A DNA stretch of 64,000 nucleotides from Mobula hypostoma (taxonomy: Eukaryota), in the NCBI RefSeq assembly GCF_963921235.1, contig NC_086104.1, positions 3,968,001 to 4,032,000 of the forward strand, in the 5' to 3' direction. The position numbers and the translations under genes are program-made. Positions within the stretch are counted from its first letter, which is position 1. Each line of letters starts with the position of its first letter. Below the pieces are notes generated by a model, which did no database searches, had not been told where the DNA came from, and worked only from the letters and a program-made list of their open reading frames with translations. Below are positions 1 through 12,623 of the stretch, piece after piece.

Positions 1-954
1 TCACTCACCTCAACTCTGAACTGATTCCACAATCGACAGACTCACTTTCAATGACCCTACCACCCATGTTCTCAGTATTCTTTATTTTCATTCACCCTAC
101 TGTGAATGTCTGCAAAAAAATGAATCTCAAGGTAGTTTATGCTGGTATATATGTACTCTGATAATAAATTTATGTTGAACTTTAAACTTTTGAACTTCGA
201 ACTCACATTTCCGTCGCCACATCTAAGTTGCTTATAAAAATCACAAAGATCAGGGGTCCCAGAACAGATCTCAATGGAGCATCACTAGTCACTGACCCTT
301 GTAGATGGAGCATATTCTGCCTGGAGATCGGTGACCAGTGGAGTTCCTCAGGACTCTCTTTTGGGACCTTTGCTCTTTGTGACTTTTATACATGACTTGG
401 ATGAGGAAGTATAAAGGTGAGTCAATATTTTTGCAGAGGACATGAAGGGCGGTGGAGTTGTCGATAGTGTAGAGGATTGACAAGTCTTACAATGGGACAT
501 TGACAGTGCAAAGGCACCTTAAAACCGGTCACTTGGGCAATGGGGCTCATCAGCTGTGGTTGGCAGCTCATCTTGGAGAAGGGAAATTCTGATCTCGAGC
601 CTCCTCTGCCTGCAGCTATACCCACTCATGGGGGAGGCTTTGGGAATAAACCCTGATGAAAAATGCAAAGCTGGAGTCCCTAAGGCAGACCTACATTGAG
701 TTTAATGATGACAGGTAACTCCTGCATTGCCAGCGGTGCCAGACTGTATTTGCTTTTGCTTTTGCTTTGGGTTCATCAGTTCAGTGCAGAGGGGAAGCCT
801 GCAGCAGGGGCAGCAGCTTGCTGTCCATATTGTACTGCTCTGACTTGCATACTGACACAACACCAACAGTCTAGACAGTTAGGACTCAACACAGGATCCC
901 AACCAACAGAGGCCTCATGCCAATCCCAGAGGGCAGAACCGTCAAGTAGTGGTC

Positions 955-1100
955 AGCTCAGTGTTTTACAGTGCCGGCTGTGAGATTGGGGAACAATTTC
1001 CACCACTGTCTGTAAGGAGTTTGTACATTCGCCCCGCGACCGCGTGGCTTTCCCCCCACATGCTGAAGTTCGGGTTAGTGTGTTGTGAGCATGATGAGAC
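955..1100 (+). mobile_element. SINE-like fragment (chondrichthyan tRNA-related SINE type)
   Basis: The pattern ...ggagtttgtacattcgccccgcgaccgcgtggctttccc... resembles elasmobranch SINE bodies. A related fragment lies near 21075-21155. Confidence 0.4.
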
Positions 1101-1302
1101 TCACTGACGTTTCTCTCCCAACTCTTTGTGACATTTGCTGGGAGCATTCCATAGGGTGTGGCATGATGCACTCTGGGCCATGATGAAGAGGTACCACATG
1201 GGCCAGAAGCTGATTCCAACCATCTTGTAGCTTCACACAAAAGCTCGCAGTGCGGTACTTGTTCAAGGCACAGTCGGAGAGTGGTCCCACACATCAGCTG
1301 GA

Positions 1303-1950
1303 GTGCGACAGGGCTGCCTCCTTTCACCCACACTGTTCAACATTTTCACAGAGATCAGCACAGAAGAAACCAAGCTGATGAGAAAAGCCAATCACAATAA
1401 AAATCACAGTCCGTGGACAAGGACCAAAGACTGTCAAAGGGTTCAGTATTTTGGTGCCATCATCAACCAAGAAGATCAAAGCCTGAAGTCCTTGCAAGGA
1501 CAGCTCAAACAAAGCGACACTGGCCAAACCAAAACCAGTCTGGAGAGACAACAACATCACTCTCAGATCCAAGCTGAAACTCCTGCATGTACTTGTGCTC
1601 TCCGTCTTCTTGTATGAATGTGAATCATGGACTTTGACAGCAGAACTGGAAAAGAAGATCCAGGCAGTAGAAATGAGATGCTTTAGAAAGCTCCTCGGCA
1701 TCTCCTATACAGACCAGGTCTCAAATGACCAAGTACAAAGAACCACCACCCAGCACGTGAGACACTACAAAGATCCGCAGTAAAGAGGAACTGAGATGCT
1801 GTGGCCACAAAACAAGAGCAAGTGGGCCCACAAAGATCACTCTTCAGGAAAGAGTGCAGGGGTAAAGAAAAAGGGGCAGACAGAGGAAGGAATATACAAA
1901 CATTACAGAGCGGACCGGAGAAAGCTTTGCTACAACCCAGGCACTCGGCC
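1303..1950 (+). mobile_element. RTE-clade LINE, degenerate RT 3' fragment
   Basis: RQGCLLSPTLFNIF followed, after frameshifts, by LYECESWTLTAELEKKIQAVEMRCFRKLLGISYTD, which is typical of the RTE RT C-terminal region. Confidence 0.8.
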
Positions 1951-2753
1951 ACCCCAGTGAGAGATGGAGGCAACTGGTACAGTGCTCAGCTGAATAGCGC
2001 CCCATCACCCAGGCGGGTTGCAGGATCTCTAACCATATTGTAGATGAAGGGTCCTGAAGCATTGTTGAGGATCCCAACCACCCATCCCACAACCTCCTTA
2101 ATCCACGACCGTCAGGAGGGAGGGACAGAAGTGTCAGAACCAGGACTATCAGATGGGTAACATCTTCTTCCCTCAGGCTGTGAGACTAATGAATACCCTG
2201 TCACCACTGAGGTCTCGTCACCAGGACAGTGAGCTGTTTATTGTTTACTTGCGCTATGCTCTACATACATATTGAATTATATTTTTTAACTTATTTATGG
2301 TAATATTTTAGTTTATGTGCTGCGTGTGTTATGCTGTATGTTTTGTGAATATGCACCATAATCAGGCAGAATGTTGTTCCATTTGGTTGTATATATGTGC
2401 AGTCAGATGACAATAAACTTCAACTTGACCAAGCAGGTGGTCAGGGCAGGTACAATTGCAATATTCCAGATGCTTGGAAGGGAAAGACACCAAGGGATAG
2501 AGGTCCAATGCATGGAAATGTGATTGGCGTAGATTGGCAACGTGGTCAGGATGTACAAGATGGGCCGAACGGCCAGTTCTGTAACACTGTGCTTTACTGC
2601 GAGTCCATTACTCACACAGAAAGTCATCACTATGTTCCTTATTGTATATCTGCAAAGTTCTCTTGCCTTTCTTTCAACTTCCCAATTTTACCACAAAGCA
2701 ATGTGTAGAGTCATCACGTTCTCATTTGCTTTCCTCTTGCTTATAATGAAAAA

Positions 2754-3110
2754 ATGAATAAGTTAGGACAGTACTCTTTAGAATGTAGAAGACTGAGGAG
2801 AGATTTGATAGAGATATACAAAATTATGAGGGATATGGATAGGGTAAACGCAAGCAGGCTTTTTCCACTAAGGTTGGGTGAGACTACAATGAGAGGTCAT
2901 GGGCTAAGGGTGAAAATTGAAAAATTTAGGGGGAGCATGAGGAAAAACATCTTTACAGAGGGTTGTGAGAGCGTAGAATGAGCTTCCAGTACAAGTGGTG
3001 TATGGGAGTTTGATTTAAACATTTATGAGAAGTTTGGATAGGTACATGGATGGTAGGGGTATGGAGGGCTGTGGTCCCGGTCAGGTGGATGGGACGAGGC
3101 AGCATAAATG
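2754..3110 (+). mobile_element. CR1 LINE 3' fragment
   Basis: LGQYSLECRRLRRDLIEIYKIM...TRGHGLRV, the CR1 ORF2 C-terminus. Confidence 0.85.
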
Positions 3111-3700
3111 GTTCAGCATGGACTATCTGGGCCAAAAGAGCTGGTTACTATCCTGTACAGGCTGTCCCAGGCTGGGCCTACCGAACTGCAACAGCTCACA
3201 CTTGTCTGCGTTAAATTCCATCTGCCATTTTTCAGCCATTTTTCCAGCTGGTCCAGATCCTGCTGCAAGTTCTGGTAGTCTTCCTCGCATCGCCAGTCCT
3301 GGTATCATCCACGGATCTGTTGACCCAGTCACCACATTATTACCCAGACCATTGATATGGATGACAAACGACAACACACCTAAGACCAGTCTGTACGGCA
3401 CTCCACCAGCTACTGGTCTCCAGCCAGAGATGCAACCCTCTACTACCACACTCTGGCTCCTTTCACACAGCCAATGTCTAATCCAATTTACTACCTCATC
3501 CTGAATGCCGAGTGATTGAACTTTCCTGACCAACCTCCCATGTGGGACCTTGTCAAAAACCTTGCTAAAGTCTAGGTAGACAATATCAGTCCATGTCTAC
3601 TCAAGTGCTCATGTATCCCGCCCCATCTAATAACTTTCCCATTACAGATGTCAGGCTCACCTGTCTATAATTTCCTGGTTTATTTTTAGAGCCTTTCTTA
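3110..3700 (-). mobile_element. CR1 LINE RT fragment
   Basis: ORF 3123-3533: WIRHWL...RPVAGGVP...LFVIHIN...WQMEFNADKC. Confidence 0.85.
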
Positions 3701-4689
3701 AACAGCAGGACAACATTAGCTATGCTCCAATCCTCCAATCCTCTGGTACCTCAACTGCCGCTAAGGATGATTTAAGTATCTTTGCTGGGACCCCTGCAGT
3801 TTCTGCCTTTGCCTTCTGTGAGGGCGAAGTGAATAGATGGCTTTGTTGCCAAGTTTGCAGATGATACGAAGATCGGTGGAAGGGGGAGGTAGTGTTAAGG
3901 AAACAGCAAGGACTAAGCCAGATTAGAAGAATGGGCAAGAGAGTGGCAAATGAAATACAATTTTGGAAAATGCAGAGAAGAAATAAATGGGCAGACTATT
4001 TTCAAAATGGCCCAGCTGGTACATGTTTACCAAGATGCCTCATCCAAGCTAGTCCCATTTGCCAGTGTTAGCCCATAACCTTTTTAAACCTTTCCAATCA
4101 TTGTTATTGTACCTGTCTCAAACACCTTCTTGAGCAGCCCTTTCCATAAGGATACCAGCTTATTTTGTAAGTAGGTTGCACCACAAATTTTAATTAAATC
4201 TCTCCCCTTTCACCTTAACCCATCAGTTCATAATTCCACTACTCTGGGAAAGAGACTGAGTAATTGAGGCTTTGGTCAGAATGCACTTGGAGTCTGGCTC
4301 TGTTCTGGGTCCCTTATCGAAGAAGAGATGTGCTGGTGTTCAAGGGGTCTGGAGGAGGTTTCACGAGAATGATTCTGGGAATGAATGTACGTGGAATGTA
4401 CGTTTGGTGCCTCTGGGTCTGTACCTGCTGGAGTTTAGAAGAATAAAGGGACATCTCATTGAAACTGATTGAATATTAAAAGGCCTAGAGTGGACATGGA
4501 GAGGATGTTTCCAATAGTGGGCGACTCCAGGACAAGAGAGCACAACCTCAGATTAGAGGTTTGTCCCATTTAGGCAGAGAGGAGAAGAAATTTCTTTAAT
4601 GTAGGGATGGTGATTCTGTGGAATTCATTGCTATAGATGGCTGTGGACTCCAAGTCATTGGGTACACAGGGAGGTAGTCACCCCAAGGC

Positions 4690-7150
4690 TGCAGGAGACA
4701 GATAAATGGGGGACTGTTAGGAGCGGAAAGGGAAAACATCAGATAGTAAAGAGCAACCCTGTGGCCTTCCCCCTCAACATATATACTCCATTGTGAGTGC
4801 TGCTGGGGAGGCGGAGGGAGGGAGGTAACGACCTACCTGGGGAAAGCAACTGCAGCCGTGCCTCTGGCACTGAGCCTGGCCCTGTAGCTCAGAAGGGTAG
4901 GAAACTGAAGAGGATGGCAGCAGTAATAGGGAGTTCTATAGTCAGAGGGGCAGACAGACGATTCTGTGGATGCAGGAAAGAAACACAGATAGTAGTTTGC
5001 CTCCCAGGTGCCAGAGTCTGAGATGTTTCAGGATGCATCCACAATATCCTGAAAAGGAAGGGTGTGTGACCAGGAGTCGTGGTGTATATTGCTATCATCA
5101 ACATAGGAAGGAAAAGGGAGCAGGTCTTGTGAGAAAAAATATAGGAAGGAAGCTGAGAAATAGGACCTTAACTTTAGTAATCTCGGGATTGCTGCCTGTG
5201 CCACAAGACAGTGCGGATCAGAATAGAATGAGGTGGCAGACAAATGCAAGGCTGAAGACCTGGAGCAGGGGGCAGGGATTCAGATTCTGGATAATTTGGA
5301 CCTCTTCTGGGGCAGGTGGGACCTGTACAAAACGGATGAGTCTGAGGGGGATTTGAATCCGAGGGGGATTCTTGTGGGCAGATTTACTAGAGCTGTTGGG
5401 AGTGGTTTAAACGAATATGTCAGGGGGATGAGATCCAGTATGATAGAGCTGAGGACAAGCCAGCAGGTTTACAAGTCGATGATGAGTGTAACATGAATGT
5501 AAGGAAGGACAAGCCAATGATTGGGTACAAATATAGACAGAGCAAAGAGTTGAATTGTACCACAGAGGCAAAGTTCAAAAGGGCAAGGAATGCAAGACTG
5601 AAGATGCTGTAATTAAGTGAGCCTAGCATTCAGAATAAGGTGGACAAACTCATGGAACAATTAGCCACTGGTCGGTATGACGTTCTGGGCATCACTGTGT
5701 CATGGCTGAAAGAAGGCCATTTGTTGGGAGCTTAACATCAAGGGATGTACTTTGTATCGTAAGGACAGGCAGGAAGGCATAGGCAGTGATGTGGTTCTGT
5801 TGGTAAGAAATGGAATTACATCTTTAGGAAGAGGTGACATACGGTCAGAGAACACTGAATCTTTGAGCATGGAGTTAAGAAATTGCAAGGGTAAAAAAAC
5901 CATTATGGAAATTAAATATAGACCTCCAAATAGTAGCCAAGATTAAGATTGCAAAGGGAGCTGGAAAAGGCATGTAATAAGGGTATTGACACAATTGCAA
6001 TCAGGTACTTCAATGTGCAAGGGTATTGGGAAAATCAGGTTGGTGTCAGGTGGGAATTTGTTGAAAGCCTACGAGATGGCTTTTTAGAGTGGCTTGTGCT
6101 CGAGCCTGCGAGGGGAAAGGCACGTCCTTTTCTGGTTGGCTGACAGTGCTCCTCAGAGGTCTGTATTGGGACCGCCACAGCTCATGTTGTTTGTCAGTGA
6201 TTTAGATAATGGAATTGATGGCTTCGTGGAAAGTTTGTGGATGATACGAAGATAGTTGGAGGGGTGGGTGGTGCTGAGGAAGAAATGCGATTGCAGCAGG
6301 ACTTAGACAAATTGGAAGAATGGGCAAAAAAGAAGTAAATGGAATCTAGAGTTGGAAAATGTATGAAAATGCATTTTGGTAAAAGGAACAATAGTGCGGA
6401 CTATTATCTAAATGGGGAGAAGGTTCAAACATCAGAGTTGCGGAGGAATTTAGAAGACATCATGCAAGACTCCCAGAAGGTTAATTCACAAGTTGAGTCT
6501 CTGGTAAAGAAGGCAAATGCAATGTTGGCATTTATCTCTAGTGGAATAGAATATAAAAGCAAGGAGATACTGCTGAGGCTTTATAAGACACTAGTCAGGC
6601 CACACTTAGAGTATTGTCAACAGTTTTGAGCCTCATATCTCAGAAACGATGTGTTGTCATTGGAGAGAGTCCAGTGGAGGTTCATGAGGATGATTCCAGG
6701 AATGAAGGGGTTAACATATGAGGAACATTTGGCAGCTTTGGACCTGTATTTACAGGAATTTAGTAGAATGTGGGGGTGGGGGCGATCTTACTGAAAGCTT
6801 CCGAATGTTGAAGAACTAGATACGGTGGACGCAGAGAGAATGTTTTCTATGGTGGGGATATCCAGAACTAGAGGGCACAGCCTCAAAATTGAGGGGTGAT
6901 CTTTTAGAAAAGAGGTAAGGAGGAATTTTTTTAGCTGGAGCATGGTGAATCTGTGGAATGCTCTTCCACAGACAGTGGTGGAGACCAGGTCTGTGGGTAT
7001 ATTTAAAGCAGAAGTTGATATTTTCCTGATTAGTCAGGTCATCAAAGGATATGGCGAGAAGGGACGTTTATGGGGTTTTGAGATCCAGGGTCGGCCATGG
7101 TGGGATGGCAGAGCAGACTCGATGGGCTGAATGGCTTATTTCTGCTCCTT
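4690..7150 (+). mobile_element. Degenerate long CR1 with ORF1 (SGNH esterase) and ORF2 (APE + RT) remnants
   Basis: ORF1 VIGSSIVRGADRRFCG...VVCLPGARV and VISGLLPVP. APE remnant YRKDR...YRPPNS. The RT C-terminus and 3' UTR run to ~7150. Many stops and deletions. Confidence 0.85.
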
Positions 7151-7493
7151 GATTAGTAGTGCAACTACCCCCCCCAACCCTGCTCACTTTTTACCTCCCC
7201 GTCAATCTCTTCTCTAACTTTGAAAACCTGTGACATTAATCATCCATTTCTGCTCCTCCCAAACAGGTTTCAGTAATGGCCACAACATTGTCATTCCATG
7301 TACTGATCCATGCTCTCAGTTCATCACCCTTCCTCCTAGCAATAAAATATACACACTTCAAACTGTCCGACTCATCATACCTGTTGTTTCGATTTTGTCT
7401 TTCAAGACTTTCTCTGACATCTACCTTCCAGTCCAATCCTTTCCTTACTGACGTGGTGCTCCAGTTCCCAGCCCCCTGTAAAACTAGTTTCTT

Positions 7494-10400
7494 CTGAGGG
7501 ACGGGATATATGAGTATTTGGATAGACAGGGACTGATTAGGGATAGTCAACATGGCTTTGCGTGCTAGGTAACGTTTATAGAATTTTTTGAGGAAGTTAC
7601 CGGGAATGTTGATGAAAGCAAGAAAGTGGATGTTTTCTACATCCGAGGCATCTCGGATAACGAGGCATCTGGAAGAAATGGATCCATCAGGCGATGCAAC
7701 ATGAATTCAGCAAAGGCAGGTTCTGTTAGACAAACCTACTGGAGTTATTTGAGGATATAATGAGCGCAGTGGATAGAGGGGAAGAGATGGATGTTATTTA
7801 CTTGGATTTCCAGAAGGCATTTGATAAGGTGCCATATAAAAGACTTATCCATAAGAAGAGGATGCATAGAGTTCTGGGTGATGTATTGGCATGGATAGAG
7901 GATTGATTAACTTAATAGAGAGCAGAGAGTTGGATACACGGGTGTTACTCTGGTTGGCAATCAGTGGTAATTGGGGTGCAGCAGATGTTGGTGCTGGGCC
8001 CGCAACTGTTCACGATAAACATTAACGATCTGGAAGAGGGCTCCACGCGTAGTGTATCTAAGTTTGCTGATGATACTAAATTGGTTTTTTTGCGTCTGTA
8101 TTTACTAAGGAAACTGGCATGAAGTCTATGGAATTAAGGGAAACAAGTAATGAGATCATGGAAACCGTACAGATCGAAAAGGAGGAGGTCCTTGCTGTCT
8201 TGAGGAAAATTAAAGTGGATAAATCCCCGGGACCTGACAGGGTGTTCCCTTGGACCTTGAAGGAAACTAGTGTTGAAATTGCAGGGGCCCTGGCAGAAAT
8301 ATTTAAAATGTCACTGTCCACAGGTGAGGTGCCGGAGGATTGGAGAGTGGCTCATGTTGTTCCGTTGTTTAAAACAGTATTGAAAAGTAATTCGGGAAAT
8401 TATAGGCCAGTAAGTTTAACGTCGGTAGTAGGTAAGTTATTGGAGGGAGTACTAAGAGACAGAATCTACAAGCATTTGGATAGACAGGGACTTATTAGGG
8501 AGAGTCAACATGGCTTTGTGCGTGTTAGGTCATGTTTGACCAATCTATTGGAGTTTTTTGAGGAGGTTACCAGGAAAGTGGATGAAGGGAAGGCAGTGGA
8601 TATTGTCTACATGGACTTCAGTAATGCCTTTGACAAGGTCCCGCATGGGAGGTTAGTTAGGAAAATTCAGTCGCTGGGTATACATGGAAAGGTGGTAAAT
8701 TGGATTAGGCATTGGCTCGATGGAAGAAGCCAAAGAGTGGTGGTAGAGAATTGCTTCTCAGAGTGGAGGCCTGTGACTAGTGGTGTGCCACAGGGATCAC
8801 TGCTGGGTCCATTGTTATTTGTCATCTATATCAATGATCTGGATGATAATGTGGTAAATTGGATCAGCAAATTTTCTGATGATACAAAGATTGGAGGTGT
8901 AGTAGACAGTGAGTAAGGTTTTCAGAGCCTGCAGAGGGACATAGACCAGCTGGAAAAATGGGCTGAAAAATGGCAGATGGAGTTTAATACAGACAAGTGT
9001 GAGGTATTGCACGTTGGAAGGACAAACCAAGGTAGAACATACAGGGTTAATGGTAAGGCACTGAGGAGTGCAGTAGAACAGAGGGATCTGGGAATACAGA
9101 TACAAAATTCCCTAAAAGTAGCGTCACAGGTAGATAGGGTCGTAAAGAGAGCTTTTGGTACATTGGCCTTTAATAATCAAAGTATTGAGTATAACAGCTG
9201 GAATGTTATGATGGGGTTGTATAAGGCATTGGTGAGGCCGAATCTGGAGTATTGTGTTCAGTTTTGGTCACCAAATTACAGGAAGGATATAAATAAGGTT
9301 GACAGAGTGCAGAGAAGGTTTACAAGGATGTTGCTGGGACTTGAGAAACTCAGTTACAGAGAAAGGTTGAATAGGTTAGGACTTTATTCCCTGGAGTGTA
9401 GAAGAATGAGGGGAGATTTGATAGAGGTATATAAAATTATGATGGGTATAGATAGAGTGAATGCAAGCAGGCTTTTTCCACTGAGGCAAGGGGAGATAAA
9501 AACCAGAGGACATGGGTTAAGGGTGAGGGGGGAAAAGTTTAAAGGGAACATTAGGGGGGGCTTCTTCACACAGAGAGTGGTGGGAGTATGGAATGAGCTG
9601 CCAGACGAGGTGGTAAATGCGGGTTCTTTTTTAACATTTAAGAATAAATTGGACAGATACATGGATAGGAGGTGTATGGAGGGATATGGCAGTGGATCTA
9701 GGCAGAAAATGGTTCGGCACAGCCAAGAAGGGCCAAAAGGCCTGTTTCTGTGCTGTAGTTTCTATGGTTTCTATGAGTGAAAAAGCAGTTGTGTAGAAGA
9801 TATGGAGAGTGTGCAGAGAGATATAGATAGGTTAAGTGAGTGGGCAAGGGTCTGGCAGATGTTGGTCATGTGAGGTCATCAGATTTGGAAAGGAAAATGA
9901 AAGCGTTAGAAAGCATGTTTGGGACTTGGGAGGTCTTGTACATGAATCGCAAGAGGTGGATTTGCAGGTGTAGCAGGCTGTTGAGAAGGCAAATGGAATG
10001 TTGGCCTTCATTGCTCGAGGGATTGAACTTTAGAGCAGGGAGGTCATGGTGTAACTGTACAGGGTACTGGTGAGGCCACGCTTGGAATACTGTGTGGTGT
10101 TCTGTGGCTTTGGAGGCAGTCCAGAGGAGGTTCACCAGGTTGATTTCACTGATGAAGGGGTTAGATTATGAGGAGATTGAGTCACCTAGGACTGTACTCA
10201 CGGGAATTCAGAAGAATGTGACGAGATCTTATAGAAAAATAAATTTATGAAAGGGATAGATAAGATAGAGACAGGAAAGTTGCTGCACTGGTACGTGAGA
10301 CTAGAACTAGGGGACATAGCCTCAAGATCCAGGGGAGTAGATTTAGGATGGAGATGAGGAGGAACTGCTTTTCCCAGAGAGTGGTGAATCTGTGGAATTC

Positions 10401-11750
10401 TCTGCCCAATGAAGCAGTGGAGACTATTTCAGTAAATATATTTAAAGCAAGGTTGGATAGATTTGCATAGTAGGGGAATAAAGGGTTATGGAGAAAAGGC
10501 AGGGAGGTGGAGATGAGTCCATGGCCAGATCAGCCATGATCTTATTGAATGGCTGAGCAGTCTCATTGGGCCAGTTAGTCAACTCCTGCTCCTAATTCTT
10601 ACGTTCTCATGTTATGTACATGGACTTCAACAAGGCATTTGACAAGGTCCCCTAAGGGAGGTTGGTCGAGAAAGTTCAGTCACTCAGCATTCAGGATGAG
10701 GTAGTAAATTGGATTAGAAATTGGCTTTGTGGGAAAAGCCAGAGGGTGGTAGTAGAAGGCTGCCTCTCTGAATGGAGGCAGTGACCACTGTGCTGCAGCG
10801 ATCGGCGCTGGTTCCTTTGTCATTTGTCATCTACAGCACATCAATGATCTGCATGATAATGTGGTGAAATGGATCGGTAAATTTGCGAATGACACCAAAA
10901 CTAGGGGTGTCGTGGACAGCGAGGAAGACTATCAAATCATGCAGCGGGATCTGGACCAGCTGGGAAAATGGGCTGAAAATGGCAGATGGAATTTAATGCA
11001 GACAAATATGAGGTGTTACACTTTGGGAGGACAAACCAGGGTAGGTCTCACACAGTGGGTGGTAGGGTACTGAGGAGAGCAGAAGAACAAAGCAATCTAG
11101 AAATACAGGTCCAAAATTCATTGAAAGTGGTGTCATGGGTAGATAGGGTCATAATGAAAACTTTTGCCACATTGGCCTTCGTAGATCAAAGTATTGAGTA
11201 CAACAGTTCGGATGTTGTTGAAGTTGTATAAGACATTGGTGAGGCCAAATCTGGAGTAATGTATGAAGTTTTGATCTCCTACCAAAAGGAAAGGTTTAAA
11301 TAAGATTGTAAGAGTATTAGAGAAAATTTACAAGGATGTTGCCAGGACCTGAGTTATAAGTAAAGATTGAATAGGTTAGAACTTTATTCTCTAGAAGGTT
11401 GAGAAGAGATTAGATAGAAGTATAAAAAATTATGAGGGGTATAGATAGGGTAAAGCTATTTCCACTGAGGCGGGGTAAATCTAGTACTAGAAGTCATGGG
11501 TTAAAGGTGAAAGATGAAAGGTTTAAAAGGAACATGAGGGGAGTCTTCTTCACTCAGAGAGTGGTGAGAATGTGGAACAAGCTGTCAGATAAAGTGGTGG
11601 ATGCAATTTAGGTATGTTCAAGGGAAGTTTGGATAGGTACGTGGATGGGGAGGTATGGAGGATTATGGTCGTGGTGCAGGTTGATGGGTGTTTAAGTTAG
11701 TTGGCACTGACCAGATTGGTTGAAGAGCCTGGTACTGTGCTCTGACTCTA
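7494..11750 (+). mobile_element. Three-level nested CR1 cluster (outer 7494-7642 + 10617-11750; middle 7643-8083 + 9776-10616; inner 8084-9775)
   Basis: The outer copy breaks at TACAT (7638-7642) and resumes at TACAT-GGACTTC (10617). The middle copy breaks after GATACTAAATTG and resumes AGTGAAAAAGC at 9776. The inner copy carries ORFs 8119-8916 and 8977-9780, separated by one in-frame stop, and ends in a (TTTCTATG)-type tail. Confidence 0.85.
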
Positions 11751-12623
11751 AAAGAGCAGAGAGGTGTGGACCAGCCTAAAACATCATGGGTGCATCCCTC
11801 TCCACCATCAGTAGTAACTGCACGGGTACTGCCTCCAGAGGTAACATCCATCATCAAAGATCCCCACTTTTAGGGCCATACCATCTTCTTGCAGCTGTCA
11901 TTGGGCAGCACGATAGAAGGTTGAAGTCTCACATCACCATATTCATGACCAGCTACTTCCTTTGATCATTCGATTGTTGAACCAACTGGTAAAACACCAA
12001 TCATAACTTTGATTGCTTTGTGCAAAGATGAACATTGTTTGGTGTTTTTTTCTAACTGTGTTCTTTCTTGGAAACGTTGCACAATTTATGTTTTTCTTGT
12101 GAATGCTGGTGATATGATTCTGTTTGAAATGTTTTCATTTCACCTGAGCAACATGGACTTGTGCATATGACAAAAAACTCCTTTTTGACTTTGAGAACGT
12201 ACATAAGACTAACAAGAGAGTGGAAAGGCATTGTGACCTGGACATGCAGATCTACATAACAATAGCATAGTGACAAAGTTATTGTAGCAAGAGGGAAAGA
12301 GACTGGGAGAGTGAAATAACTGCTAAAGTCATTGGAGCACTGAGTCTCAGTGGACAGACAGACTGGTTTTGAAACAAATGACACCTCACATCAACTCCTG
12401 ACTTCTCCCCTCAGAATGAACAAGGTAGTCAAAAGGAAGAGGTGTAGAATATTTGAAAGTCATAGTAAGGAAACAGGATTTTTAAGTTGTGAAGTATAGG
12501 CAAGAAGGAGAGGATATTGGAGAAATTGAAAGCCCCAGGAATCACTGGAGCAGGTGAGATTACTGCACCTTAGTTGGGACCCTAAGATGTGTTGATGGTA
12601 AATGCTAGAGGAGGGGCCATATT

